63,978 nt of DNA, filler included, from Dicyema japonicum (GCA_011109175.1; 4 parts of 4 records of this genome joined end to end with filler, not necessarily neighbours in it), one strand, 5' to 3'. Numbered from the whole stretch's first letter, positions 1 to 12,568 are shown. Numbers and translations are program-made. Notes: generated from the sequence alone by a model not told the origin.

Positions 1-252
1 ACTGGAAACCCACTATTCTCCCAGTGGAAGATAATCTTCGCATGAGGAATCTTCAATTCTTTAATGAAACCACGGAACCAGACCACCCTTGCCACTTCCT
101 GACTTAACAAAAAACTAAAGAAAGATAATCCATACCATAACGCACCTGTTTTGTGGACCGACAAAAATGTCTTCCTCAGATTTGATATTGGGCGTGTTTA
201 ATGTAGTCACTAACGAAGGACTATTTTCCTTTGACAACGAAAGCACTACGAC

Positions 253-1663
253 CAGGGTTGATAAAAATCAGATTTTTTGATTTAAACAGGATTTTTTGGA
301 TTTAAATCAGATTTTTTTGAATTAAATGATTTTTATTCGGAAACAAAGTAAAACAAAAACAATGAGAATCGTATTTATTTAAAAGCTTGTAACAAAGACA
401 AGTTTGGCAGGTTTTTCAATTCCCAGCCTATTTTAGGCAAATATTTTGTAATTTGGAAGCAATATCTGTATTTATTTAAAAGCTTGTAACAAAGACAAGT
501 TTGGCAGGTTTTTCAATTCCCAGCCTATTTTAGGCAAATATTTTGTAATTTGGAAGCAATCTCTGAATCAATATTCGATCTGTGTTCCCCACAATTTCTA
601 AAAATTATAGACCAATTATCCAAATAAGGTTGAAAACAGTCTGATAAAGTGTTCCAGCGAACATCAATCGGAAGAACAAGTTTTTTTTCTCCAGCTGATT
701 TGTACCATGCGGCTGGAAGATGGACGTTTCGAAAGTATTTATTTATTCTTACGATGGTTTCTTTAACGTCAGCTACTTCAATATCCTTTGAGAGAAGGTT
801 GAGTTAATGTGTCGAGCAACCATATGTAATCTATCGTCATCTTGCATCATTATCCGCCTCATTTTAGTCATGTTGGCAGCATTGACCGTTACAAGACTCC
901 CGATTTTACATCCAAACCGTTGCTCGGTAAACTTTGCAGAGGCTAAAGCAACAGATTGAAGATACTCCGCGGTGTGGCTATATCCAGAGGTGTCCACAGT
1001 GTCAATTAGATAGCTTTCTCCATCCGATGTTACAACTGACACACAAATAACAGGTTCATTTTGAATGCTACTCCACCAGTCCAACGCTGTTTTATCGTGG
1101 AGTCTTTGCCAACAGTCTTCATGTATTTGGTCGTACACACGATCGAGCAATGGACCATCAATTTGATGACGAGAGGGTAAACGATACCCAGGAAGAAGCA
1201 TTTGGACGAATTTGACAAATTCCGGATGTTCTACAGCAGCAAAAGGAGTGTTACTAAAAAATATGTATATAGCGAGTTGCATATCAATCAAATTTTTCTT
1301 CGATGACGTCGTCGTAGTAACGAAATTGATTTATTACTGCTCCCTCATCCATGGGAGGAATTCGCTGATCAAATCACTTTCAGGTTTCGACGGATTTTCA
1401 AGGATATCAATATTAGTTCGACATAACAAATGATGCTGCCTCATCCGAGATACGAGACCTTGTACCTCCTTCCCACAATTACGGCATCTGGCTCGACTCC
1501 CGGTCTTTCCTGGAATAATACGTTTATCGAAGTGAACCCACAAAACATTACGCTTTCTTCCAGACATTAAAAAAATTTAAATGATTTTTTTGATTTTTTT
1601 AATGATTTAAATTATTGATTTTTTTGTTAATTAAAATCAAATGATATAAATCTAACAACCTTG
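253..1663 (-). mobile_element. Internally deleted hAT DNA transposon (BED finger, DUF659-like core, C-terminal dimerisation motif)
   Basis: Termini CAGGGTTG (253-260) and CAACCTTG (1656-1663) form an imperfect TIR. Perfect 8-bp TSD ACTACGAC at 245-252 and 1664-1671. GATTTTTT subterminal repeats at both ends. ORF 1334-1567 has a BED finger (LWVHF...CRNC...HHLLC); ORF 773-1291 is hAT core-like; NRLGIEKPAKLVF near 390-440. Confidence 0.88.
371..560. repeat. Exact 93-bp tandem direct duplication (371-463 / 468-560) inside the hAT element
   Basis: Identical copies GTATTTATTTAAAAGC...TTGGAAGCAAT, period 97. Confidence 0.9.
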
Positions 1664-2189
1664 ACTACGACCACCTAAATCGAAATATTTGGTAGTAACA
1701 TCTCAAATCTCACAAAAAAATATTTTTGGCCTTTTGCCAGACCAATGTATACTATCCCAACACGACAAAGACCCCATTTCATATCAGAAAAAAATAACCG
1801 AAAAGAAATGGCTTCTATGAAGGAGTGCTTTTATTATCATAATAAAGAGGTCTGTTTAAGAGATTAGTAATACACAGATGTGTATATAAAGAATTGATCG
1901 ACAGAAAATGAAGGGATAAAGTCGATAAACTGGAAACTTATAATTTGACAAATAAATGAGTGATTTTCTACCACGCCATCAGACGTATCTTTTAAAAAGT
2001 CCGGTTTTAGTTGTTGAGAAAAATGGACAACCTCTATGAACTACGGGAACGAGCGTGGAGAAAATTTACATCGAAAAAGCCGATAGAACTGACAGTGAAG
2101 AGCACCCTAAGTATTCATATGGTTATGAGTAAGGGAGATTGAATTTAAAAACCAGTAATAGTAAATATATAGTTTTTTTATTTTCCCCA

Positions 2190-2275
2190 AGATCACAGGA
2201 TTAGAAAAAGTTAACTACTAACTAAGTGATCCCGGTTTTCCGGGTTCTGGCTCTCGTTCGGGATCCTCGAAGAGA
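2190..2275 (-). mobile_element. LINE 3'-terminal fragment ending RTRKTGIT-stop
   Basis: Reverse complement ACC GGG ATC ACT TAG followed by a TTAGTAGTTAA-type tail; same end motif as other LINE 3' ends in the window. Confidence 0.5.
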
Positions 2276-2340
2276 AAAAAATATATAATTAGGTTAAGGT
2301 AAAAAGACAAATTTAGTAAACAATTAAGTATTAGTAAAAA

Positions 2341-2888
2341 TTAGAGGTGAATCTCAAATCCAAGACATTTTAGTTCCCCCTCAGAAGGAAGCACAACACG
2401 AGAAGGAGAAATAAGGTTAGGATCGACGAAAGGTAATCCATTCTTTTCAGCATACTCTATTTCCAAGAGTGCCTCCCTTTTAGCCCAATCATTCAAACTA
2501 AACTAATTTCACATAACTAACTATCTATCAGGTTCATATAGCTTAAAAATGAAAAGGGAGAAAAGAAGAGTAAACATGACAGTCATCCCAAAGTGGTGCA
2601 TAAACCTGTCGTTATCATAATCAACAAGATTGTGTCCATAAGGGATATAGTACTGAAATATAAATTAATTATACTTTTATGTCATTTATGTCCTCGATAT
2701 TATCAAATTTAGGAATATCTAACGTTTTCTCCGATGATGAAGTATCACGAGTGTTGCTTGACAGTAATCTACAATTTGCCCGATAATAATTTCTGTGGAA
2801 ATTGATAGTCATATAACCTGCATGTGGTAATTTGTTGAATAATTAAGCTGTTGAAGAAAGGCCCTTTTTTGAGAATGAAGTGCCACAT
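2341..2888 (-). CDS. NDUFB11: NADH:ubiquinone oxidoreductase subunit B11 (ESSS), 4 exons, 158 aa; absent from the ORF track
   Basis: Exons 2888-2818, 2792-2675, 2652-2522, 2497-2341 separated by GT-AG introns of 25, 22 and 24 nt give one open frame. It reads as a transit-peptide-like N-terminus, a TM segment (FGMTVMFTLLFSLFIFKLY), then PDRYLNDWAKREALLEIEYAEKNGLPFVDPNLISPSRVVLP. This matches the NDUFB11 C-terminus as I recall it ([41 protein letters not shown]). Confidence 0.82.
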
Positions 2889-2989
2889 TAAGTAAATATT
2901 TTAAATTTAAAAATAAATTATTATTATTATTAAAAGGTTTAAATTCAGGAAACATGTTTAAGGGTTTATTTCTGATATCTTACTCTATT

Positions 2990-4590
2990 TTTCTCAACAT
3001 GTGGATTGATTGATATCGAGCCTGGAGAATTTGAACAGACCGATAAAAATATTCATAGAATATTTATGGACAGCCACATCCACTTGCAACCGACAAACAA
3101 AGAAATTATCTACCAAGAAATAAATTTGGAAGAGGCCTCGAGTCTTTCGGTAACAAAACAGAACGAATGCTCCTCCGATTTTACGGTGATTTGGAACATA
3201 AGGCCTAAGAAGAGCGGGAATACTACGGGTCATTAATTTAAAGAAAACGCACATGGCGACTATCGTAGAATTCATTTCTCGAAAGTACAACATTGAAAAT
3301 GTGAAGGACTGAAAATGTTGAAATTATGGAAATACAGTATGAATATTTATTGGGAAAATAAGAAGAAACCGCTGCACTCTATTTTATTTCACTGTTCGAA
3401 AGACACAGAAGTGAATATTGCTGAATCCTCTGGATGGCTAGTGCATGGAAATAACTCCCCTGTAACTGTAACTGTGTCTACATAAGGATTTTAAAATGTT
3501 TTTTGATAACGGAGAAACTAAGTGCGGACATTGCAAGTCAGCAAAGAAGACCGTCGATCACCTTGCAATTAGGTGTGGGAGATTGCTGAATGCTCATATC
3601 TCAGGTGGAATAATGAAGTGGTCAGATGTTTACATTTACATCTCTGCCGTCAATATGGAATAAGAAAAACTAATAAACTGAAGACCCATTCAGTACAATC
3701 TGTTGTTGCAAATGAATTTGTGGAGATTCGTGTAGACACGACGATCAGTACGGATACGGTTGTAACGAATAACAAACTCGNAAAGACACAGAAGTGAATA
3801 TTGCTGAATCCTCTGGATGGCTAGTGGATTGAAATAACTCTCCTGTAACTGAGGGAAGGCTGTGTCTACATAAGGATTTTAAAATGTTTTTTGATAACGG
3901 AGAAACTAAGTGCGGACATTGTAAGTCAGCAAAGAAGACCGTCGATCACCCTGCAATTAAATGTGGGAGAATGCTGAATAGCTCGTATCTCAGGCGGCAT
4001 AACGAAGTGGTCAGATGTTTACACCTACATCTCTGCCGTCAATATGGAATAAGAAAAACTAAGAAACTGAAGACCCATTCAGTACAATCTGTTGTTGCAA
4101 ATGAATTTGTGGAGATTCGTGTAGACACGACGATCAGTACGGATACGGTTGTAACGAATAACAAACTCGACATTTTTGTTTATGATAAACAATACAAGTA
4201 CTCTTGTTGAAATTGGGATCACTTATTAAAACTACCTCAAGCAGGTCAAGATAGAAAAGTTCCACAAGTATGACCTACTGGCGAACGAACTTGAGGTTAT
4301 CCATTGCGCAAAGGTTAAAATAATCCCTGTGGTCATGACCTGGGATGGAATTGTTTCCAGATTCTTCAAGGGCCACCTGGATGCCCTCTAGGTGGAGGAA
4401 TCGGTCAAAGCTTATATACAAACGATATGTTACGGAAGACTTTGGAGAGTATGCAAACTGAGGAGAGGCATGGAGTATCAATTCCTGGTGAGGAGGAAGA
4501 CGGCATGGAATGTCAACCTAGGGTAGTCTCTGAATGTGAGGCGACGTGAACACACCTATACAGGAAATAGAGGTTGACTCCAAGAAGAGA
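2990..4590 (+). mobile_element. 3' fragment of an RLE-type (R4/Dong/NeSL-like) non-LTR retrotransposon, pseudogenised
   Basis: Post-RT region (IEPGEFEQTDKNIHRIFMDSHIHLQP), CCHC knuckle CGHCKSAKKTVDHPAIKC, RRHNEVVRCLHLHLC and a KLDIFVYDK endonuclease motif; frameshifts; about 390-bp internal duplication joined at the single n (3781). Confidence 0.75.
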
Positions 4591-4594
4591 AGAT

Positions 4595-5515
4595 TGAATT
4601 TATTTATTAACTCCGGGATCACCTGAGAAAGAAAGACAAAAGTAAAGTCAACTAGTTAGGTGATCCCAGTTCCCGCAACCGAATCTGATGCCTGTGCGTC
4701 TCCATTGTTCCCACTGTCGAACGAAAATACCTTCTTTGATCCTTGCAGAGGAAGTTGATTGGGGAAGGAAATTTATTAGGCAACCAATTTTCTTTTGCGT
4801 GGAATAGTGAGAGGTTTAGTGGGTATCCATCTTCCTTGCAAATGTGGAGAAATCCGGAGCCACATCTACGAGTTGTAGATTCCGTCAGCTGGGGACTTAT
4901 TTTTGTTCCACATTGTGGTACCAGCATACGTATTGTTTTCCTTTGCAGTAAGTTTATTTTTTGGATAGTGGCCTCTGTGAAGATTTCTGGTTCTTCTTTG
5001 GACCGCCGGTCGGAGGTGAATAGAGTGCATGCTGATTTTGGATCCGATACCGAGAGACGGTTAGCTATCAACCAATCGTGGATAAAATCCACTTTCTTCT
5101 GTGCGAGTGAGACTGCTTCTGATGTCGAACTGATTCTTGTTGCAATGATGATATCGTAGGCACAAGAAAACAGGAAGAAGTTCTTGTCAATGTCTGCTGG
5201 CAGGTCGTGGAAGAAAAGGTTGAATAGAGAGGGGATCGTTATCTGAGGTGGCCACAGATGACCCTCCCACGTCTTCCAGATAAAAAATTGGCCAATCGTA
5301 GCTTAAAGTTAGGGCGAATTTTGGAATCAAAGATTTTTCCAATTAAATGTTTCCTTGGTACCGAGCCAAACACCTTGTTGATGTCAATCAAGACCATTGT
5401 TGTCCGCATGTGTTTTGAGGTAGTGTTGAAACCATCCGCAATGAACTATGAAATCGTTGATAAGAAAGTCGTGGTTGATTTTCCAGAACGGATTCCGTGT
5501 TGGAAATTAGGTTGA
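4595..5515 (-). mobile_element. 3' half of an I-group (Ingi/Vingi-like) LINE: RT C-terminal part to the GIT-stop end
   Basis: Minus strand reads QHGIRSGKSTTT...GFNTTSKHMRTTMVLIDINKVFGSVP (RT motifs) and ends GGA ACT GGG ATC ACC TAA, then a short 3' UTR and a TAAA tail. Clade call is from motif memory. Confidence 0.6.
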
Positions 5516-5960
5516 GTTAGGGAAAAAGTAATGTCATATAGGATCAACTTTTCCGAGTTCTTCCATATTTGGAGGATAGTGCATATAGAAGATTGAATTA
5601 GAGGGGAGTTATAGAAGAATTACTTTTACTTAAATAACATATAATTAAAAATCAGAATCACGACAAAGCGCCAGTAATGTATAAAAATGGAATATGGAGC
5701 GAATTTGAGAATATATAATGNTGGTTGATTTTCCAGAACGGAATCCGTGTTGGAAATTCGGTTGAGTTAGGGAAAAAGTAATTTCATATAGGATCAACTT
5801 TTCCGAGTTCTTCCATATTTGGAGGATAGTGCATATAGAATTAGAGGGGAGTTATAAAAGAATTACTTTTACTTAAATAACATATAATTAAAAATCAGAA
5901 TCACGACAAAGCGCCAGTAATGTATAAAAATGGAATATGGAGCGAATTTGAGAATATATA
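5475..5960. repeat. About 240-bp near-identical tandem duplication joined at an n (5721)
   Basis: TGATTTTCCAGAACGG...GAGAATATATAATG occurs twice with few differences. Confidence 0.85.
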
Positions 5961-6104
5961 ATGAATACATAAAGCCGATATTGATGTACAATTCGGGAAC
6001 ACGGGAGACTGTTGAGGGAGAGCTCCAAAAAATGGATACCTTCTACAGAAAACATTTAAAAGGAAATTTCGAATAAAAGAATATATCATGCAACCAAATC
6101 AGCC

Positions 6105-9100
6105 CCATTTTATTTTATTTAAGCACTTCACGAGAGCCATACTAATTATAGTCCCGCATGTGCAGCAAAAGAAACAAGGTTAGATGTCATCCTTTTCCAT
6201 GCTCCCCTTTTCCTAGCCAAAGCTCTCATGTTGTCCAGGTTGTTGGCATTTATTAGATTTTTTTAATATTGACCAGATCTTTTTGTAAGACTATTGGCAG
6301 TGTTGTTCTTGGTCTTCCACGATAGCGGCCTTCTCGGCTAACATAGTATGTTTCCATAGATATGTTAGGTGGGGATGTTAATTCCATCCTCAGCACGTGT
6401 TCGAAAAGCTTCCATAGGGATTCCAGTACTTCTAAGCTGATAGGTCTAATGCTGCATCTCTTATATAAAGCATTCCTCGATATTTTCGTAGGCCAAGTAG
6501 TTCCTGTTATTTTTCTCAGCTGACCTCTGTGGAACGAGTCTAGTTTATTCATATCCGCTGATGAGGTCACCCAAGTTCCAGCGTTATATAAAAGTACGGG
6601 TTTTATGAATGAGTCGTATAATAGGATTCTCATTTTCGTGTCGATGCCTTTTTGATTGAGCCATAGATTCTTCAGTTTATATAACGCAGCATTGGTTAGA
6701 GTTTTCCTACGTAAAAAATCTTCGCTATCTCCCAAAAGTGAATTGAGTTTCTTTACTTGTCGCCACTTCTCTTCTAGGACGTTACTCATCCTTCTTATCT
6801 CTGTGAGTTCTGTTTTCTCTCTGTTTACATAAGAAACCATTTCCCTAGTACATCTGGTGCTTTTTCTAATAGGTTTTCCAGGACTTCTTTGTCTTCAGAA
6901 ATTAGGTCTACATCGTCCGCGTAGATTACTTCCTCCGTCTTTCCTTGGTATAACGGTCTAAGTTCCCTCATAGCGGCTTCCAAATAAATTGTGAATTGTA
7001 GAGGAGAAAGAGAGTCTCCTTGTGGAGTGCCCGTGTTTGTTTCAAATTTTCTTGAATAGGTCTTTCCGACTCTCACAAGGAGCTCAGTGTTAGAAAGTAG
7101 AATTCGGGTCATCCTTAGACTTGATTCATCAAGAAATCCGCTCAGTACCCCCATTAATTTGTTCCTGTTAACCGTATCAAAAGCTCTTGATAGGTCAATT
7201 CCCAGAATTTTGGTGGCGTTGCGGTATCTTTGATATGTTGCACACCTCCATCTGTGACTCCAGACCGCATCAGCTGTGGATCTCCCTTTTCGAAAACCAC
7301 TTTGACTATCAGGTAGGTATTTGTAAGCAGATCTTTTTATTCGTTCAAGCACAATGTTTGCCAAGACTTTGCGTAATGAATTTAGTAGTATGATGGGTCG
7401 CAAATTTTTGAGCGGTCCTCTTTTTTGTTGGTTTTTTGTATGGGGATTAGTAGTCCCGTACCCAGAGGTAGAGTTGAGATAGTTGAAAACATTTCATTTA
7501 GTAGTGTAGCGATTTTTTCAAAAAGGAGGTCAGGGCCGTATTTCAGTAATTCTGGGTTTATCGCATCTGGTCCGGGGCTTCTGTTATTCTTGAGTTTTCA
7601 GCAGGCCGTTTTGATTTCCTCGGCCATGATTGGTATCTCCAGGGGTCTTGGCCTTCCATCAAATGGGTGGATTTCTATGGTTTTGATGTTGAAAAGCTTC
7701 TCAAAATGAGCCGCGATGGCTTCAGTTTGTTCTTTGGTGTTCAGTATCAGCTTACCGTTCTCGTCTTTTATGGTTAGTCGACTTCGGTTTGTTCGCCGCA
7801 GCAAACGGGCAGCGACGTACACCTGTGCGTTGTCTTTCACTTTGTTTACTTCTTCTATACAGGAAGCTATTTCTTCTATGAAAAGCTTCTTGTTCAGACC
7901 CTTTATTTTTCTTCTGACACGTTGCCTTTCGCCTTGAAGGGCTTTTATCGTATTAGCGTCAGTGGCATTTGATTTTCTCATATTTATTTCTTTTAGACTT
8001 TTCGCAAGCTCAGGAACATCTGGATGAATAGCCTTCAGGTGCATTTTACTATTCTCCCTTTTGCCAAGACATGCTTCAGCAGCTTCGTTGATGGTGTCCT
8101 TTGTGCGTTTCCAGGCGTCTTCTAACGAGGTATCCACCAATACGTCCTGCATATGAGTCTGAATGTATTGTTGATATCTCTCAGTAGTCTCCGGTTAGGA
8201 AATCAGCCTTTCAGTCTCGTAGACGCCTCTGATTTTCTCAAATTCGTGATTTTTGGCATTCCTGTATTTGATGGCATGTTTTTTCAGGGTGAAGGTCGCA
8301 ATAACTATCTTGTGGTCGCTGACAGTCGTTGAGCCTTCATATGAACGTGCGTTTACTAGAAGGTGTTTGTCTTTAGCCCGGCATATAAAATAATCTATTT
8401 GGTTGTATATTGGGACCAGCTTTCCCTCTGAGTTCCTTCGCTTCCCCATCCACGTAGTTTTGTGGCAGGATGCGTAAATGCAGTATTGCATAGGAAAAGG
8501 TTGTTAGCCATACAAAAGTGACCAAGTATTGTCCCGGGTAGGTTTCTTATTCCACGTTCATGTTCTCCCAAGAAAACGTCATCCGGGTTATTCTTCAACC
8601 CGATTTTTGCATTCAAATCCCCAGCAATGAGTATTAGTGACTCATATTCGTTGTACGTCCGTAACAGTGTTGAATAGAAGTCGTCTAGTTCTGTTGGATC
8701 TTTCGCTACTCTCCCGCAGTGTGGCGCATAAACATTTACAATTGTCAGNTTGTCCCGGGTAGGTTTCTTATTCCACGTCCATGTTCTCCTAAGAAAACGT
8801 CATCCGGGTTATTCTTCAACCCGATTTTTGCATTCATTCACACTCCATATACGGTGGACTGCACTTGTCAACTTTGAGTGGATGGCAAATCCAAGTCCAT
8901 AATGTTTTGAGTCGCTCGGTTGACATATAATTCGATATTCGCCATAGTTCTCATCAAGGCTACAAGTAACTTTTGTCTCTTGTAGGCACCCAATAGATAC
9001 GTCGTATCTCTCCAGGTCGTCACAGAGAATCTTCCTCGACCAGGTCGTAGATAAGCCTCTAGCATTGAACGTAAGGACTTTTAGACGAGATGCATCCCTT

Positions 9101-9400
9101 TGTATCCATTGCCTTTTAGACATTTTTCTCAATTGCGATCCAATCAAAAAACGAGGCACGTCACCACCTCACCAAAAATCAGCCCCATTGAGCATGGAAA
9201 TAATTGAATCGAGGTGGAAACTCTTTTTGCCACGTACTGCGTAAGGAAGCCCCTGCAAATAGAGTAATTGAACAATACTTGAATAATGAAAACAGATCTC
9301 CCTTTAGAGGAAGGCAGAGGTATATACAGACAACCTAAAAGGCCTATGGTCGCAGTCCATTGACAGAGTCCGTTAGAGACCATACTAAAGAGGATCTTAA
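6105..9400 (-). mobile_element. Near full-length RTE-clade LINE (APE endonuclease + RT), frameshifted
   Basis: ORFs 8809-9159 (LTFNARGL...LQETK, EN), 8195-8491 (QIDYFI, SDHKIV), 7598-8152, 6825-7403 (SQSGFRKGRST, DLSRAFD, PQGDSLSP, YADD) and 6253-6840 (PVLLYNAGTW). TAAAA tail near 6110-6122. Confidence 0.88.
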
Positions 9401-9979
9401 ATCTTGTGTAAATATAACATTCTTTGGTTCTATAAACGCGCGTTTAATAATAATCACGACAAAGGTGATCCCGGCTTTCTAGAGCACTAATCTCAACTTA
9501 AAAAGACACTAATAGGCTGTGCCTCAATACATCTTTTTACCTCATAAGAAATAGCTTAAATTCATCGAATTTCTTATATCCTCTGGATCAGTCGTTATTT
9601 CTCTCCCCTAACTTGCATTGACTTTATCTTCTATGAGGTGGCACGTGTCCATAAGAAATATCCTTTCTGATTAATGCGAAGAATACTGGTATTTCCTTCA
9701 TTTGGTCTTTATTCTCTTTAGAGACATCCAAGAATGGAAAACTTATTCCCATACAGACATCCAAGAATTTAGGAAGTGACCTTTGATCTCTTACTCTATT
9801 TTTTAACAAGTGAAGAAAGTTGTGGCAAAAAGTCTCTGGAAGCTCGACATTATAAAATTATTTTTACAGTCTATGATAAAGCCGTCACAATAATTTGCTT
9901 CCACCTTATACAATCAGTTTTTAAAGTCGACAGAAGAGTATTCCTGTGCATCATGGACTTATGGAATATCAGTGTCATG

Positions 9980-10320
9980 TTACGAAACCATTAATTTTAA
10001 GGAAGGAAAGTGATTCGTATAACAAATCAATTTTTCCTTCTTCCTTGACCATTCAGCAATCCAAAATAATGGGTCCGGTTTCCTCACTCTCTGAGGCGTC
10101 GAATTTGGTTGTTTATTTTGATCAGTGGTAGAAGCCGTCGAAATGCTAAATTCTGAAAGAAACCCACACCTCTTCAAGTTCTGCTGATAGAGGAGCGTCC
10201 TGGCTACAGAAAAGGAGTGGGAACTATGGAGGGCCTTGTTGGGGACTATCAGGATCACTTAATTAGTTAACTTCTTTCTTGGTGTTCTCTCTTCCAGGGT
10301 TAAATAATAATAATCTTAAG
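9980..10320 (+). mobile_element. LINE 3' fragment ending LLGTIRIT-stop with short 3' UTR and (TAA)n tail
   Basis: AGG ATC ACT TAA at 10251-10262, then a pyrimidine-rich stretch and TAAATAATAATAAT. Confidence 0.5.
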
Positions 10321-11186
10321 TTTTATCGGCGTTTGTCCAGAGATCTGACGCACTTCCTGTACGCGCGAGTTACACGTGGAAGCTCAGGAGGTGCTGTTCT
10401 AGCTCCCCTTCTCTTTATAAGAGCCTGAATAAAGTTAATCTCAATAGCGAAGTAGATAACCTTTGTAATGTCTTAGTGACTGTAGCCTTAGATTCATCAT
10501 CTTCTTTAAATTTGTTTTAGGGAGGTTTGTACCTCATACAGTTTATCTGATTGTCAGTTGTACGTATTATAGAGTGAACTTAACGTTGAACTGAATAAGC
10601 CTTTGTAGTGTTAGAGAAGGAGATGGTGTTAAGGGTTAACAACGGTGCAGAGTTTTTTTATTGTGCGTTACTTTTCAGGTGTTTTATATAACAGATTCCT
10701 AAAGCCGATTGCTCAGGTGGTCTAATAAATCTTGTAAACAATCAGCCGCAGAATGAGCATATTGGTCTTTGATGATTATATCATCAGAATATTCGAGAAC
10801 CAGTGTAAAATAGTTATCTAAAAACCAATTCACCTCCTCTTAAATAATTTAATTAAAATTATTTCCAAAGACCAAGGGTAACCAAACTAACTAACTCCTC
10901 GATCATGACTCGTTCCAGCATTCCAGAACTTGTCACCACGTAACGACGTTGTCCCCGGGGAAGAATTGTTAGATCCTCTTAATACCGGCCAGCCATTGAG
11001 CGCCTCCTCAGTAAGGTGGATCCAGTGACGCCTTCGGAAGGAAAGAAAATAATTTTGACAAACTATCCACGTAGCACCACATGGCACAACACCCCACTAA
11101 TGATTATTAGATGGTCTTAAAAATAAAATTTATTTAAAATAGTGTTGTTATTAATAATAATATAATATAATAAATTATACACGACT

Positions 11187-12568
11187 ATGTTCTACTTTTA
11201 TACAGGTTATGCTATTTTACCATTTTAAGTGATCGGTCTTTTCACGGCCGTTCTTATTGGAATATATGGACAAAAATACAATCGCCCTAAACCTAAACTT
11301 ATTGGAATTGATTTGGGGACTACTTTCTCATGTGTGGGCACTTACCAATCCGGAACTGGAGAGACATATGTTATTCCCGACCAAAACGGTAGTTTATGCA
11401 TTCCCAGTGTAGTCTCCTTTAGGTTCCTCATAATAATAACAGTTTAGTTCTGAAAAGGGAGTGCTTGTGGGATTTGAGGCAATAGCCGAACTAAACAGCG
11501 AAAACACAGTCTATGACTCAAAAAGGTTCATTGGAAGGAAATTAACTCAATCTCAACTCAAAAAGGAGATTAAAAACTATCCCTTTTCAGTATTCTTAAT
11601 TATAATTACAGCTAAATCTGGACGAATTTGGGGATCCCTTCTATCTAATACACGATCCCGAACCACGTGCTGTAACTCCAGCTCACGTGGCATGTCTAAT
11701 TCTCCAAAAATTGAAGATTATGGCTTATGACTACCTTAATAAAAATATAACAAGTGCTGTGATGTCATTTCCTGCTGATTTTACCGTGATTCAGCGTGAG
11801 TCTTCCTTAAATGCGGCCAAAATGGCTGGATTGAATGTGCTCAGTGTCCTCACAGAACCTACAGCCGCTTCCATGGCTTATGGGATCAATTTATTGTCCA
11901 ATGTATCTTATTTGATTGTGGTCGATTTTGGGGGAGGAACATTTGACGTGTCCTTGCTTTTTCTCACCGACGGAATATTTACAACAATTGGAATGGCAGG
12001 TAATTACTAATATTTCTTAATTTGTCTTATTTTAAAGTTCATTACTGTTTTAGGAGACAACCATTTGGGGGGACAAGATGTCAATTCTCTGATGGCCGCT
12101 TATTTTATGGATAGGCTGGATTTATCTGATTTGGAGTCTCATGATATAGAATCCCTCAATAGAGAAGTTGAGAGAGTGAAGATTCTCTTGTCAACCGAAA
12201 AATCAGTGACTTTCAATTTTACTATGGGTGGAAGAACTTTTACTGAAGATTTCCTAAGAGAGACTTTTGATGATATTATTGGACCTCTTTATCCCCGAAT
12301 CATCAAACCAATATCCGTGCTGTTAGAAAATTCTAAAATCCCGGTGGATGAAATTGACGAACTGCTGCTTGTTGGAGGATCAACCAGAATACCGATAGTT
12401 CGTGTTTGGCTGGAGGGATACTTTGGTTTTATGCCTAATACCTCAATTGACCCTGAAGTTGCTGTGGTGATGGGGGTCTCTATGCATGCTGGAGTTGTTG
12501 GAGGAATGTGGCCTGTTTCTGTTAGTGTGGTTGAAACTAGTATGAATATATCTAAAATTGTCGTTTAA
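11187..12568 (+). CDS. HSPA13: Hsp70-family protein 13 (STCH): signal/anchor plus ATPase domain, no substrate-binding domain; 5 exons
   Basis: Introns 11206-11229 (24), 11423-11447 (25), 11590-11611 (22) and 12000-12053 (54) join the ORFs into MFYFYTVIGLF...[11 protein letters not shown]...YDSKRFIGR...[11 protein letters not shown]...[10 protein letters not shown]...[10 protein letters not shown]...LVGGSTRIP...[16 protein letters not shown]. The truncated C-terminus with GGxWP is typical of HSPA13. Confidence 0.9.

Larger units (their letters stand above)
60..1850 (-). mobile_element. Degenerate Tc1/mariner-like transposase remnant, split by the hAT insertion at 253-1663
   Basis: Minus-strand reading gives LFFSDMKWGL (about 1760-1810, FSDE-like) and CVMVW (about 130-160, VMVWG-like) on either side of the hAT element; many stops; boundaries approximate. 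Confidence 0.35.

Noticed and set aside
6132-9388. GAGA(G)CCATACTAA at both ends of the RTE as a TSD
   Set aside because: The left copy aligns with the 3' UTR of another RTE copy (about 39000-39025) and precedes the real TAAAA tail; the right copy is part of a 5' UTR stem. Not a TSD.
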